A stretch of DNA of 57,153 bases from Bacteroidales bacterium (GTDB lineage Bacteria; Bacteroidota; Bacteroidia; Bacteroidales; JAHJDW01). Below the pieces are notes generated by a model, which was not told the origin of the DNA, did no database searches, and saw only the letters and a list, made by a program, of their open reading frames with translations. Every line of letters begins with the position of its first letter. The first letter of the stretch is position 1. The translations under genes were made by a program, and so were the position numbers. This document shows positions 44,948-55,949 of this stretch, in pieces. Location of the stretch: the NCBI GenBank assembly GCA_029004185.1, contig JAQUPB010000003.1:1-57153 (forward strand), given 5' to 3'.

Positions 44948-47900
44948 CTATTTTATTATTACTAATTTCTCTATCCTGACAATGCTGTTATCAATTACTA
45001 TCTTACACGTATATATACCTGCTTGAAATTCTGTTGTCGATATTTGCATGGAACTTGCTTTATTATTTATTGTATATGAAGCAATTTTATTACCAATAAT
45101 ATCGTAAAATTCAATTCGTCCATTTTGCATTGCACTTAGAGCGTATTCAAGCGTTATATTATCTTTTGCAGGATTTGGAAACATTTTAAATTTATTGTTT
45201 GTGCTTTTTTCATTAACATTTAATTTTTTATTGTTGTTTTCGTTATTTCCGCCCCTGCTTTTATTTTCCATTGGTGTTCCCCTTTCACAATCATTCATAA
45301 ATACCCGACTGCTGTCAAGCAAAGTGAGCATTGCTCTTGCTTCATTAACAACTTTGCCGTATTGATAAGGACATTGGTTTGCAACATCGAGCAAATCGCT
45401 TAATTGCTGCGTAGTTAAATTCAAATCACCAGCAGCAAAAGTTTCAAGATAAATACTGTTTACTTTTTTATATGCTTCGTCTACAAGCGTTGTAGGGGCA
45501 ATACCGTTGTTTAGAGTCTGCAAAGTATTGAGCATTGCTTGCTTGTCGGTAACATTAGTATCGGATAACAATTTGTAAAAGCCGTGTACACTATTAACTG
45601 ATGTTGTGCTCAAACTGTCATATACTTTTCTGTACTGGGCATCGCTATCTAATACGTTTTTATTTTTATCAAGTTGTTTGTACAGGAACGACATATTAAG
45701 CCATTTATTCTCTTCAGGGTTAATCGTATAATTAAATTTATTATAAGCAATAATTTTTTCTATGCTGTCGGTTTCAGAAATTCCTTCTCTTGTATTGCCT
45801 TTTATGTCATTATTGTTTTTATTTGAATTATTAGCCATCATCATAAGCATACTGCATCCTGCAGGACATACACCAACATTACTAAAAAAGTCATTAATTG
45901 AAAAAGGCAACCCGGTTCCCATTACAGTATTTATTGTGGGATAAAAAGGAGGAGTAAGTCCGCCATTATTTCTAACATACAAAGGAGTTCCAGTGCCGTC
46001 AGATTCAGTAGCACGCGTGTGAGCTTCACCCATATAACCTTGCCATTCGTTATCGGAAGGAGCATCTGGAGTTTGTGTGCCTTGTGGTCCCATGCCAGGA
46101 TTCCAGTTTAAATTAAAACCAACAAGGAAATCTTCCATAGTATTGCACAATGCCTGTGTGCCTGGGCAATCGCCGCCAAACCATAACCCAAATCCTACAT
46201 TGTGTACGCTGTTACACTTAACTATTGCATCAGCACTGTATTCCACTTCTACTCCATTTATCCAGTGTTTCCAGTAATCAGGACCGTATATATCATTTTC
46301 TTTAATCTCTATATGGTCGCAGTTATGAGCAATTATACCTCCGTATCTGCCAATTAAAGGTTGTGTTGAACTGTATAATTCTATAGGAATATTATTGTTT
46401 ATAGTAGAGCCGCCGACAGCAAAATTGTCAACAGAAATGCCTGTGCTAACGCTGTAACCTCTAATGTGATTATTGAAAATATTGGCTTTCCCCGAACTGT
46501 ACGAAGCCATTACCCGTATTCCTGTGCCGCCGTTTTTTGGGCTTTGGTCAATTTCGTTGTCGGTTATTAGAACCGTGTACGGATAATTATAAGAAGTGTT
46601 AAAATATATTGCTGTGTTATCAAAATTGTTAATTGTATTGTTATAAATATACAAAAGTTTCTGATAAGATATTAAACCTTCGTAAAAGCTTGCACAATAT
46701 ATTCCATAACTTGTTCCTCCTATATTGCTGTTTATTATATCAATTCTTTGTGGTATGCTGTTAATACGAATACCATTACCTCCATTGTTAGTTATTGTAA
46801 TGTTGTCAATTTTAACATCGGCATCAGACATATAAATTGAGTTTACAAAATTGCCATTGAATGCATTGTTATATAAAATTATTTGAACTAAACCATAAGC
46901 ATGTAAAACCGCTCCATGATAATTATGTACATACGCACCATAGTAAGAATAATTACCTATTCCTCCAGGCAACAAATTTCCTGCATTTACGGTGTTTCCT
47001 GAAAATCTTTTATTGATATCATAATACCCAATACTTCCCCAACCTATTGGTAAGTTACCAATATATAATGATGTATAATTATTATTGAAAATAGAATTTG
47101 TAATGTCGTATAATCCTTCATTCTCAGCCCTTACAGCATATTTTGCATCGGAAACAATGCAATTAACCATTTCTATTTTCGACATGCTTTCAGTTGCATA
47201 AATGCCGTCCCACATATAATTACATCCTCCACCAGCTCGTAAAGTGCAACCCTCTAGTGTTAGAACATTATCAGCGAGAATATTAATTTTTATATTGTAT
47301 GCAAAATTCAAAGTGCAGTTTGTAAATTTAATATCGCTATTAATTGTAAGATTGCCTTCAAGATTTATTGTTCTCCCAATTATCTCAGTAGAGCTAAAAA
47401 ATGTGCTTATATTGCTTGAATTATCCCCAGCTCTGTATACATTATAATCTTCGGTTGTCATGTTGTCATAACCAATTGTGTATGTCCTAATAGTTTGACA
47501 AATATGGGGTCCGGTAATTGTACAAGTATAAATTCCAGGACATAAATCTTGTACGTCTTCGGTGGTTACTGGGGAACCTCCTTCATCATAGGGGATATCC
47601 CAAATATAAGTAAATGGTCCATTCCCTGTAACTGTCTGTGATATGGAACCATTACAACTATTACATTTTGCATTTACCAAGCTGTGCGTTATATTTATAT
47701 CATTTACTTGTCTTATTTCAATATCATCAATAGAATAATCAAAAGATTGACCGTTAAAATTATCAACTTGAAGAATGGCAACCCTAACAGGATTAACAAT
47801 ATTAGCAGGACAATTCCAAATAAAAGTATTTTGGTACCATTCGTCAGAAGAACCTGGTAGCGTTGTTAACCCATTACAAGATGGTGATTCGGGATGTATT

Positions 47901-50900
47901 GGCTCTCCCTGTGGAATAAGATTTTGAGAATTGAATTCGATTCCATTTGCGTCTATTATTCTTATTCGTAAATTTAATTGTGTGGAAGGATTTGAACTTT
48001 GTGGCCAGTCTTTACATGAAGATCCTCCTTTTGAATAAAATCCAATAAAAAAATCGTTTGAAGGCACTAAGTTTATATTGCTTTGTTCCCATAACCTCCA
48101 TGGATCATTATTTGGGTTTTGTCTTGGATTTGGATTGGGGTTTCCCCATGGCCCATCTTCATATAATGAATTTCCTCTATCTGAAGGGGATATACAATAT
48201 ATTGCACGAACATCTCCATCTGGCGTAGGACATGGTGTTTGGTCTGCTACAAACTCACAACTTGCTGCTGTTGAACAATTATTAAAATTTCCATTTCTTG
48301 CCAAATTAGGGCAGCAATCAAATACATTAAAATTAGCTGCATTACCCAATATTATCGCTACAGTTCCATTTCCATCAATCATGCCTTGAATAGAAAAAAT
48401 GTTATTTGCTAAGTTCGGCATTATATCTATATATTCCATACCTGTATATAGATTATTAAAAATCTGACCATTGCTCAATGTAACTGTAAATGGCGGGACA
48501 CCACTTAACTCTAATAATATTTTTTGAGGTGTACCCACACACGTGTTTATAGAAGATTGCCAGATTATTCTGGCTGATGGTGTAGCATTATTAATGCATG
48601 TTAAAGCATTAAATGCATCAACTCTACCTGCCCCTAAACTATTTGGTGGCAAAGTATTATTTGGGGGAATATTATTAATAGGAATGCAACCATTTTCTAA
48701 ACAAGCCTCAATTGAGTTAGGGTCGTAGCCAGGTCTCAATACCCTCATTAATCCGCATATTCCAGCTACAAGCGGACAAGCCATAGAAGTCCCATCAAAT
48801 GGCTCATATAAACTAAATAAATTACGTGGTATCGGAACAGCTGTACTCCATATATTTGCACCTGGAGCCATTACATCAATATATGTACCAAAATTTGAAG
48901 CCAGTGTCGTATTTGTAATCCATCGCAAATCATTTGCATCAGTAGCACCAACACAAATAACATGATTAAAAGAACAAGGATATGTAGTATTTGGAAAGCC
49001 AGAAATATTAGCGTTTCTGTTACCAGCTGCAGCAACGCATACTATATTTTTTTTATATGCTACATTCATTAAATCATTAATTAAAGCGTCTGGGAATGTA
49101 GATGAAAAAGACATACTGATGACATCAACTTTAATTGTTGGATGTTTTTTTTCATTTAATGCAAACGCAATACCATCGTATATGTTTTGTGCAGTTGTTG
49201 TATTCACTCCTGCTATTAATGATGCATCTGTCGTAGCTTTTATAGGAAGAATTCTTATTCTTGTATTTAAATTATCATTGTGGGAAATTGATGCAACTCC
49301 TATAGCATTATTTGTTGTTGCTCCAACAATTCCAGCGCAATGTGTTCCATGATAGAATGTTGCAGTAGGAGGTGGACTAACATCAATATTATTATCTGCT
49401 ACATCATATCCTTGAAAGAAAATTCCTCCTTGTAAGTCTTCGTGATTTAATAAAAAATCACTATCTACAATAGCAACAACAGCATTATTGGTATTACCAC
49501 CTGGAATAACACTCCATGCATTCACTGCATTAATCAGATTTAAGCTATATTGGTCACCATTAATAAAATGCGGATCATTTTGTGTAAATTTGTAAACAGG
49601 AGATTTCTGAGCATATACAACATATTCTAACTTAGTTAAATCATTTACCGCAAAATCTATTTGTGTTATTGCAACAATTTTCATTTTTAATATTTTTTTA
49701 AATTCATCATTATCGAAATCAGGAAAAGCTCTGCTTATGCTGACAATAGTATATTTCGCATTTAAAGCAGCCATGTCAACATTACTTAAATAGTTATTTA
49801 AATCTATAAATAAAGTATCTTTAATTTTAAAATAAATTATACTATCTGAAAAATTAGGTTCCACTATTACAATTGCTTGAACTGTATTTATACAGCCATT
49901 ATCATCAGTTCCTGTTACGAAATATGTTGTATTTACCGTTGGATTAACGGACATTGAACTTCCTGTTTCAAAATTACTCCATGTGTAGTTACTTGCTCCG
50001 CTTGCACTTATTGTTACCGATTCGCCATTTAGTATTGTTGCTCCAGTTGCTGTTACAGTTGGAAGCGGATTCACTGTTATTGATATTGAGGTAGTGTTTG
50101 AGCACCCATTTATTCCTGTCCCTGTAACAAAATAAGTTGTAGTAATACTTGGACTAACGCTCACGCTGCTTCCTATTTGCTGATTGTTCCATGTGTATGT
50201 TCCACCACCAGAAGCCGTCAGTGTCGCACTTTCGCCAATACAAATATTGTTTTTATCACTGAAAACAGAAAACTGAAAGCTGTTAACTGTAACAGCTACG
50301 TTATCGCTCGCTGTTGCTCCGTAGCTGTCGCTTACTTTTATCGTATATGTTGTAGTTACTGATGGTGATGCTGTGGGATTTGCTATGTCTACTGCACTCA
50401 ATCCGGATACTGGCGTCCATGTGTATGTGAACCCTGTTCCGCTTCCTCCTTTTGCTGTCGGGCTGCCGCCAATTGCCACATTGCCTCCGGTACAAATTGC
50501 TTTGTTATCGCCTCCTTCGGCATATAAGGGACATATTGTTGTGAACACAAACTGTGCATTCGGTATATCATAGGTAACTGCTAAATTCGTTGGAATTGAA
50601 TTATTGTCAAATGCAAACCTGCTTTTGAGAGTTTGTGCTGAATTGAATTTCCATAACACCGGTGATGTTGTGAGCGCCTGATAACCGTGTTGAACAGTTA
50701 TTTGCAGGTTATCGACATTATTATATGCAAATGGTGTTGAAAGCGTTATTGTTTTCCATCCTGCCGATGTGCCTATTACAACTGTCCCGCTGAATACCTG
50801 TGTGTATCCATCCGCAGACCAGGTGCCCGCACTTAACGTTGAAGCATTTGTGTGTTTTAAAAATACAGTTACATTTGTTATATTGCTTCCATCATCCGAT

Positions 50901-52750
50901 GAGGTTTCACTTTTATAAAATTTGATTTTTGAAATATTTCCCTGCTTATTTATATCCGATTGCAAAAATATTCCTTCCCATGTATTGTAATTGTACATTC
51001 TGTTTACAGGGTAATAATTTCCTGAATTTGTTCCCGAACCGGCAGTTACGGAATCTTTTTGCGATGTCGTTACGATTACTATTGCATGTGCAGTATTTAC
51101 ACAACCGTTGTTGTCGGTTCCTGTAACATTATATGTGGTGGTGGTGGTTGGTTCTACTGTTTTTGCCGAACCAGTTCCTAAATTATTATCCCACGTATAA
51201 GTATTTGCTCCGCTTGCACTAATGCTTGCCGATGACCACATACATATTGATGCTCCGGTTGCCGTTACGTTTGGTTTTTGATTTACGGTTACAACCGCCT
51301 GTGCGGAATTTGTACAACCGTTGTTGTCGGTTCCGGTTACTGTATAGCTTGTTGTAATTGTCGGACTTATATTTATTGGATTTCCTATTGCCAAATTGCT
51401 CCATGTATAAGTGTTTGCTCCGCTTGCTGTGAGCACAGCTGTTGCACCATTGCAAATAGTAACATTGTTGACGCTCACGGTTGGTAATGAATTTACATTT
51501 ACAACTGCCTGCGCTGTACTTGTGCATCCGGCAGTTGAAGTTCCGGTTACATGATAGGTTGTTGTCGTTGTGGGATTAATTGTTTTTGCTGAACCTGTTC
51601 CCAAACTGTTGTCCCATGTATAAGTATTAGCACCGCTTGCATTTATATTTGCTGTAGCACCGGTACATATTGTTGCTCCTGATGCTGTTACTGTTGGTAT
51701 TGAATTAACAGTTACTATTGCCTGTGCTGTGCTTGTGCATCCGGAAGATGTTTTTGTTCCGGTAACCGTGTATGTTGTGGTTACAGTTGGAGTGACAGAA
51801 ATAGAACTTCCGGTGGCTGAATTACTCCATGTATATGTATCCATTCCGTTCGCGGTTATTGTTGCTGTGCTTCCTATGCATATTGACGCTCCTGTTGCCG
51901 ATACTGTGCAAATGTATGATGAGCATTTATCTGTTGGCGGTGTCGGGTTTACATTATTAACACAATAAGTTATCGTTCCCGTTTTGGTGCCCGGAGGTGT
52001 TTGTCCGTTGTTATAACATATATCGAGATTACTTCCATTATAACCGCTTCCTGAACCGGATGTTGGTGTTCCGTTTATTTTTAACTGACTGTATACTCCG
52101 CCTGTGGAATAAAATATAACATTGCTTTGTTGTGTAAAGTCATTACATTCCATGTATGAACCATTTTTTAAATATGCATAACTGTTTGAGGTCATAGTAA
52201 CATTTCCTGTAATTTTAAAATATTTTTCAACATTCAGTGTTGCTGATGAGCCTAATGATAAATATCCCGCAATAGTCCCTTTTCCATAAATGTCAACAAT
52301 TGCAGAGCTACTGGTAGTGAGATTACCTCCAATTTGCATATCGCATTTTGTGTATAAATAACTGCTGGTACTAAGAGTTAAGTTTCCGGATGTTATAAGT
52401 GAACCGTAATTATATATGGTAGCACTCGAAGCCATGCTTATTGTTCCTGTGTTTATTAAATTTTCATTACACAATGTAGCACTCGACTGCATTGTGATAT
52501 TTCCGTTTATATGTCCTTTATTACATACTGTGCTTGATGAACCAAGTGTCAGAGTTCCGTTTATAACACCAGTTTCGGTAATGCATAATTTTTGACTGCT
52601 GTTAACATTTACATTGTTATTTTCCACTCCGCTAATTGTAACATCACAGGTTGAACATTGTGTGCAGGTTTGTGAATATACAAATAACTGTGAGCAAATA
52701 AGCATTACGCTTATTGCAAGTTTCGGGAATAAACGAACTATGTTTTTCAT
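44948..52750 (-). CDS. giant (2600 aa) T9SS-secreted protein: Ig-like repeats + subtilisin-like S8 peptidase + right-handed beta-helix region + CTD
   Basis: S8 triad strings VAIVDSDF (about 49465), HGTHCAGIVGA (about 49340) and DGTSMACPLVAG (about 48785). Beta-helix-type repeats (NNTINNFDNTAIYF, ITNNGGNGIRIN). C-terminal MFPNPAKDNITLEY...GIYTCKI. Confidence 0.9.
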   Translation of the reverse strand: MKNIVRLFPKLAISVMLICSQLFVYSQTCTQCSTCDVTISGVENNNVNVNSSQKLCITETGVINGTLTLGSSSTVCNKGHINGNITMQSSATLCNENLINTGTISMASSATIYNYGSLITSGNLTLSTSSYLYTKCDMQIGGNLTTSSSAIVDIYGKGTIAGYLSLGSSATLNVEKYFKITGNVTMTSNSYAYLKNGSYMECNDFTQQSNVIFYSTGGVYSQLKINGTPTSGSGSGYNGSNLDICYNNGQTPPGTKTGTITYCVNNVNPTPPTDKCSSYICTVSATGASICIGSTATITANGMDTYTWSNSATGSSISVTPTVTTTYTVTGTKTSSGCTSTAQAIVTVNSIPTVTASGATICTGATANINASGANTYTWDNSLGTGSAKTINPTTTTTYHVTGTSTAGCTSTAQAVVNVNSLPTVSVNNVTICNGATAVLTASGANTYTWSNLAIGNPINISPTITTSYTVTGTDNNGCTNSAQAVVTVNQKPNVTATGASICMWSSASISASGANTYTWDNNLGTGSAKTVEPTTTTTYNVTGTDNNGCVNTAHAIVIVTTSQKDSVTAGSGTNSGNYYPVNRMYNYNTWEGIFLQSDINKQGNISKIKFYKSETSSDDGSNITNVTVFLKHTNASTLSAGTWSADGYTQVFSGTVVIGTSAGWKTITLSTPFAYNNVDNLQITVQHGYQALTTSPVLWKFNSAQTLKSRFAFDNNSIPTNLAVTYDIPNAQFVFTTICPLYAEGGDNKAICTGGNVAIGGSPTAKGGSGTGFTYTWTPVSGLSAVDIANPTASPSVTTTYTIKVSDSYGATASDNVAVTVNSFQFSVFSDKNNICIGESATLTASGGGTYTWNNQQIGSSVSVSPSITTTYFVTGTGINGCSNTTSISITVNPLPTVTATGATILNGESVTISASGASNYTWSNFETGSSMSVNPTVNTTYFVTGTDDNGCINTVQAIVIVEPNFSDSIIYFKIKDTLFIDLNNYLSNVDMAALNAKYTIVSISRAFPDFDNDEFKKILKMKIVAITQIDFAVNDLTKLEYVVYAQKSPVYKFTQNDPHFINGDQYSLNLINAVNAWSVIPGGNTNNAVVAIVDSDFLLNHEDLQGGIFFQGYDVADNNIDVSPPPTATFYHGTHCAGIVGATTNNAIGVASISHNDNLNTRIRILPIKATTDASLIAGVNTTTAQNIYDGIAFALNEKKHPTIKVDVISMSFSSTFPDALINDLMNVAYKKNIVCVAAAGNRNANISGFPNTTYPCSFNHVICVGATDANDLRWITNTTLASNFGTYIDVMAPGANIWSTAVPIPRNLFSLYEPFDGTSMACPLVAGICGLMRVLRPGYDPNSIEACLENGCIPINNIPPNNTLPPNSLGAGRVDAFNALTCINNATPSARIIWQSSINTCVGTPQKILLELSGVPPFTVTLSNGQIFNNLYTGMEYIDIMPNLANNIFSIQGMIDGNGTVAIILGNAANFNVFDCCPNLARNGNFNNCSTAASCEFVADQTPCPTPDGDVRAIYCISPSDRGNSLYEDGPWGNPNPNPRQNPNNDPWRLWEQSNINLVPSNDFFIGFYSKGGSSCKDWPQSSNPSTQLNLRIRIIDANGIEFNSQNLIPQGEPIHPESPSCNGLTTLPGSSDEWYQNTFIWNCPANIVNPVRVAILQVDNFNGQSFDYSIDDIEIRQVNDINITHSLVNAKCNSCNGSISQTVTGNGPFTYIWDIPYDEGGSPVTTEDVQDLCPGIYTCTITGPHICQTIRTYTIGYDNMTTEDYNVYRAGDNSSNISTFFSSTEIIGRTINLEGNLTINSDIKFTNCTLNFAYNIKINILADNVLTLEGCTLRAGGGCNYMWDGIYATESMSKIEMVNCIVSDAKYAVRAENEGLYDITNSIFNNNYTSLYIGNLPIGWGSIGYYDINKRFSGNTVNAGNLLPGGIGNYSYYGAYVHNYHGAVLHAYGLVQIILYNNAFNGNFVNSIYMSDADVKIDNITITNNGGNGIRINSIPQRIDIINSNIGGTSYGIYCASFYEGLISYQKLLYIYNNTINNFDNTAIYFNTSYNYPYTVLITDNEIDQSPKNGGTGIRVMASYSSGKANIFNNHIRGYSVSTGISVDNFAVGGSTINNNIPIELYSSTQPLIGRYGGIIAHNCDHIEIKENDIYGPDYWKHWINGVEVEYSADAIVKCNSVHNVGFGLWFGGDCPGTQALCNTMEDFLVGFNLNWNPGMGPQGTQTPDAPSDNEWQGYMGEAHTRATESDGTGTPLYVRNNGGLTPPFYPTINTVMGTGLPFSINDFFSNVGVCPAGCSMLMMMANNSNKNNNDIKGNTREGISETDSIEKIIAYNKFNYTINPEENKWLNMSFLYKQLDKNKNVLDSDAQYRKVYDSLSTTSVNSVHGFYKLLSDTNVTDKQAMLNTLQTLNNGIAPTTLVDEAYKKVNSIYLETFAAGDLNLTTQQLSDLLDVANQCPYQYGKVVNEARAMLTLLDSSRVFMNDCERGTPMENKSRGGNNENNNKKLNVNEKSTNNKFKMFPNPAKDNITLEYALSAMQNGRIEFYDIIGNKIASYTINNKASSMQISTTEFQAGIYTCKIVIDNSIVRIEKLVIIK
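49865..50518 (-). repeat. three further Ig-like repeats of the same type upstream of the S8 domain
   Basis: ICIGESATLTASGGGTYTWNN...TTTYFVTGTGINGC and ILNGESVTISASGASNYTWSN...NTTYFVTGTDDNGC. Confidence 0.6.
51075..51925 (-). repeat. four tandem ~72-aa Ig-like repeats within the giant gene
   Basis: Units of the form (A)(S/T)GA(S/T)IC.G..A.I.ASGA(N)TYTW.N..G....I.PT.TT.Y.VTGT...GC..(S/T)AQA(I/V)V.VN..P.V(T/S). Confidence 0.6.
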
Positions 52751-52786
52751 GTTATCTTATTTAAAGTTTTGTTTTTAAAATTAATT

Positions 52787-53236
52787 TTATTGCTCAAGAA
52801 CAAATTCTGACAAAACAATGCTTTCAACATCGCCTGTCCAAATTTCTTTTGTTGTGGTTCCGGGAGCAATTTCTTTTATGCTGAAATCTTCATATTTGTC
52901 TCCTCCTACAACTTTTACTTCTACCTTATATTTCATTTTTTTATTGTAAGGATTTGTGATTTTAAGCATTACTCCTTTACCGCCTGTATAATTTTCCTTT
53001 ACTACAATAATTGTTATTGTACTTGCTGTTGGCTTTTGCACAACTTTTAAACTCTTTAAAGAATCTTTATCCGCAGTCGCCTGAATTTTTATATTATCGT
53101 TAATGAAAACTTTTACATATTTGTCGTTATATACAAATTTGTTGTCAGCTTTCTTAACATCATAAACACTCACGTCTTGTGCATGAATGGATGCTGAAAG
53201 AAAAAATAATGCGAAAATCAGATTTAATGTTTTCAT
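52787..53236 (-). CDS. small secreted protein, unknown function
   Basis: Start placed at the internal Met MKTLNLIFALFFLSASIHAQ (signal peptide). Confidence 0.6.
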   Translation of the reverse strand: MKTLNLIFALFFLSASIHAQDVSVYDVKKADNKFVYNDKYVKVFINDNIKIQATADKDSLKSLKVVQKPTASTITIIVVKENYTGGKGVMLKITNPYNKKMKYKVEVKVVGGDKYEDFSIKEIAPGTTTKEIWTGDVESIVLSEFVLEQ

Positions 53237-53487
53237 GATTATTGTTTTTTTATTTTTAGTTCGAATTAATTTCAACTTTGTTATTTTATGATTACAACTT
53301 TAAGATAATAAAATCATTAAAAAAAATATTATTGCAATCAACTCGTTCAGATATAAATAATTATATATATGAATCTCGAATTGTAAATACTTATAGCAAT
53401 ATTTTTATTTTAAAAAATTATTTTTCATCACTGAAAGAAAGTTGCAGTTTGAGGCTTTCCGGAGATTTTCTATAAGTAAATCTGTTT

Positions 53488-53733
53488 CTAACATACTTCA
53501 ATTACATCATTAATAATCTTCTTGAACCCAAATACAAATTTCATTTCTTCTTTGTAACAGTAACTATCTATGCGCTTATCAAAATATATTTCAGCCCCTT
53601 TTGCTTTCATTTTCTTTAAATAGTTGTAAATACTTCTTTCGGATATTTTTAATTTTTTCGCAAATTTTCCGGGATTGCCGGTTTTCCTTTTTCGAATATA
53701 ATTGTCAATTATTTCAACTTTTTCCCAGTTCAT
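53488..53733 (-). CDS. small winged-helix/HTH protein
   Basis: RKRKTGNPGKFAKKLKISERSIYNYLKKMK resembles an HTH_11-type DNA-binding motif. Confidence 0.55.
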   Translation of the reverse strand: MNWEKVEIIDNYIRKRKTGNPGKFAKKLKISERSIYNYLKKMKAKGAEIYFDKRIDSYCYKEEMKFVFGFKKIINDVIEVC

Positions 53734-53908
53734 ATGTTTAGATTTTTATAAATATTAACGGGGCTAAATTATGCTCTGCATAAGGGAAAAACAACAGAAT
53801 AATTACTGTTTTTTTTTACCAAAAAAACATGGGCAACCAGTAATTTTTCGTAAATGACTAATAAAAATTAGGGGGTGGCATAAGTAGAACACTTAAGACT
53901 CTCCAACT

Positions 53909-55153
53909 CTACACATCTGTTTTCAATCCCAGATAATCTGCAATTATCATGGCTTTTGATTTAACTTTTAATTCATCGGGTTTGTAAATTGAATTTATAT
54001 CAAATTCAAACAAACTTCCACAACCAGCTTTTAAAAATATTTCTTTTACCTTTTCATTAGTGCGTATGTCAGAGTTAATGAAGGTGCTTAACTTATCAAT
54101 TTCAAGATATTTTTTATCTTCCTTTAGAAGCCCTGTATCCTTTTGTAATACTCTTCCTTCAGGAGTTCCGTTGTTGGTGAGAAATAAGAAGGTGCGTATA
54201 ATGATTTTCCCTTCAGAAATATTACCTACCAAATAACCTGCTTTTATGCCCCAAAACCTATATTCAATAAGGAAATTGCCGTTATGGCTCCGGCATAATT
54301 TTACTTCTTTTAAAGATTCGTAAACGAAGTAATGCACGATTCCCGGTATCATGCAATCCAAACGTTCCGCTAACCTTTGCAATGCGTGTGATTGTATATA
54401 TACTTCAAGCGGTAATTCCGAAAAATGATTATCAATATTCAAATCTTTCGGCTTGATGCTAATGTAATCGATATGTGGTTCCGGGTATGATATTCCCCAT
54501 CCCACACGTATGGCGGGCCTTGTATTTCCGTCAATAATAAAATCTATTTTTTCCGGTTGTCGGCAATATATATCCATGCAAACGAAAACTCCGATTTCAC
54601 CTTTAAGCCCTGTCCTGATTTCATGTTTTGAAACATATAATAAAGAATCAAAACTGCTATACATTGTCGCGATGGTATCTATCGTGCCTATGAAAGTTTT
54701 CCATGCGGTTTCATATCCTTCTTTATAATTCAAAAAAGGAGCCAGGCATTCCTTTATTTGCTTTGCTCCGGTATAACTTTCTTCTTTCAGAATATCCATA
54801 TAAGAAATAAGAGTTAATCCGACGGTGAAATAATCATACAGTGAAATTTCGGGACCGCCGGGCAATAATTTAACTGATTTATCTTTCAGCATTTTTGAAA
54901 CAAGCCATTTTGCTCCATTGAGCATATCTGCCGGTACTTGATAGCCATCGGCTGCTTCCACCCTCACATTACGAAACCTTGTAGCATATATAATATCAAT
55001 TTCCTTTTCCGGTATTAATGAATAAACCTGCGGGCAACCGATATCTCTCAATAGGCCCCGTAGTTTACGCAGGAATTCGTTCCTATGCTGAGCCTTCGCT
55101 ATTTTCTGAATGCTATGTTGACTATGGTTATGTTTTTTCTTATGCTTCTGCAT
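53909..55153 (-). CDS. hypothetical protein (414 aa)
   Basis: Long ORF with a basic N-terminus. No motif recognised. Confidence 0.6.
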   Translation of the reverse strand: MQKHKKKHNHSQHSIQKIAKAQHRNEFLRKLRGLLRDIGCPQVYSLIPEKEIDIIYATRFRNVRVEAADGYQVPADMLNGAKWLVSKMLKDKSVKLLPGGPEISLYDYFTVGLTLISYMDILKEESYTGAKQIKECLAPFLNYKEGYETAWKTFIGTIDTIATMYSSFDSLLYVSKHEIRTGLKGEIGVFVCMDIYCRQPEKIDFIIDGNTRPAIRVGWGISYPEPHIDYISIKPKDLNIDNHFSELPLEVYIQSHALQRLAERLDCMIPGIVHYFVYESLKEVKLCRSHNGNFLIEYRFWGIKAGYLVGNISEGKIIIRTFLFLTNNGTPEGRVLQKDTGLLKEDKKYLEIDKLSTFINSDIRTNEKVKEIFLKAGCGSLFEFDINSIYKPDELKVKSKAMIIADYLGLKTDV

Positions 55154-55236
55154 TTTGTATCTGACCGGTAAAATAATTTTTACATTAAACTCCTGTCATA
55201 GGTGGCAGGGGCTTAACTGTTGCTTTCGGTATTTTA

Positions 55237-55518
55237 TTAAAAAGAAAGTTTCATCTTCCCAATATATTCAGGAATCACAATAACACCTTTATAATCCTTA
55301 TAATTACCTTCGAGAGCGGCCCCTGCGCTAATTAAACTTGTGAATGCTCTTGGCAAATAAACTGCACCAGGAAAATTTTCTACATTACGTAACATATCCT
55401 TTTTGTCCATATATATGAGCGGACCTTCTTTGCCATTCCATGCAACATAAAATAGGCGTCGATCCCCCCATGATCTGGGAATGCATTTTAGCAAATTATC
55501 TGAATTAAGTTTTTCCAT
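55237..55518 (-). CDS. hypothetical small protein
   Basis: 93-aa ORF co-directional with its neighbours. Confidence 0.45.
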   Translation of the reverse strand: MEKLNSDNLLKCIPRSWGDRRLFYVAWNGKEGPLIYMDKKDMLRNVENFPGAVYLPRAFTSLISAGAALEGNYKDYKGVIVIPEYIGKMKLSF

Positions 55519-55542
55519 ATTTTTAAAGGTTTATAGTTAATT

Positions 55543-55848
55543 TTATTCGGCTTTTTGTTCAATCATGTAAGATGGTCTTATCTTTAAAACAATAAGATTT
55601 GTATAATACAGCCCTTTATGTCTTACGGATTCCGGTGTAAACTCAACCATGACTTCGCTGTCAACATCAAGCTGGTCTAAATCCATGCAGGTGTCGGCAT
55701 TGTTACACCTGAAAAGAAAGTCATTTGTTTTGTTCGAAACAATGCTTCTTAAAAGAAATTCCTGCGATACCCAGTGTTTGCCGTTGGAATTGCTTATTCC
55801 GTGCTTTTTGGCAAACTTGTTTTTGATTGTGCCTTTTACTTTGAACAT
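55543..55848 (-). CDS. DUF3127-like (OB-fold-like) protein
   Basis: Pattern M..(V/I)KG.I.......G.S..G..W..QEF.L......(gap)...V.F..ES....G.YYTN is typical of DUF3127 proteins on Bacteroidetes mobile elements. Confidence 0.7.
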   Translation of the reverse strand: MFKVKGTIKNKFAKKHGISNSNGKHWVSQEFLLRSIVSNKTNDFLFRCNNADTCMDLDQLDVDSEVMVEFTPESVRHKGLYYTNLIVLKIRPSYMIEQKAE

Positions 55849-55908
55849 AGTTTTTAATTTTAATTGTTAATAATAAGAATTGAAAATTTTGTTTTTAAAA
55901 ATGAATAA

Positions 55909-55929
55909 CCCCGCCGCAGAGCGGCGGGG
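55909..55929 (-). terminator. GC-rich intrinsic terminator hairpin
   Basis: CCCCGCCGC-AGA-GCGGCGGGG. On the minus strand it is followed by TTATTCATTTTT and lies 21 nt after the stop at 55950. Confidence 0.6.
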
Positions 55930-55949
55930 AACTAACGGCCTAAAAAAGA

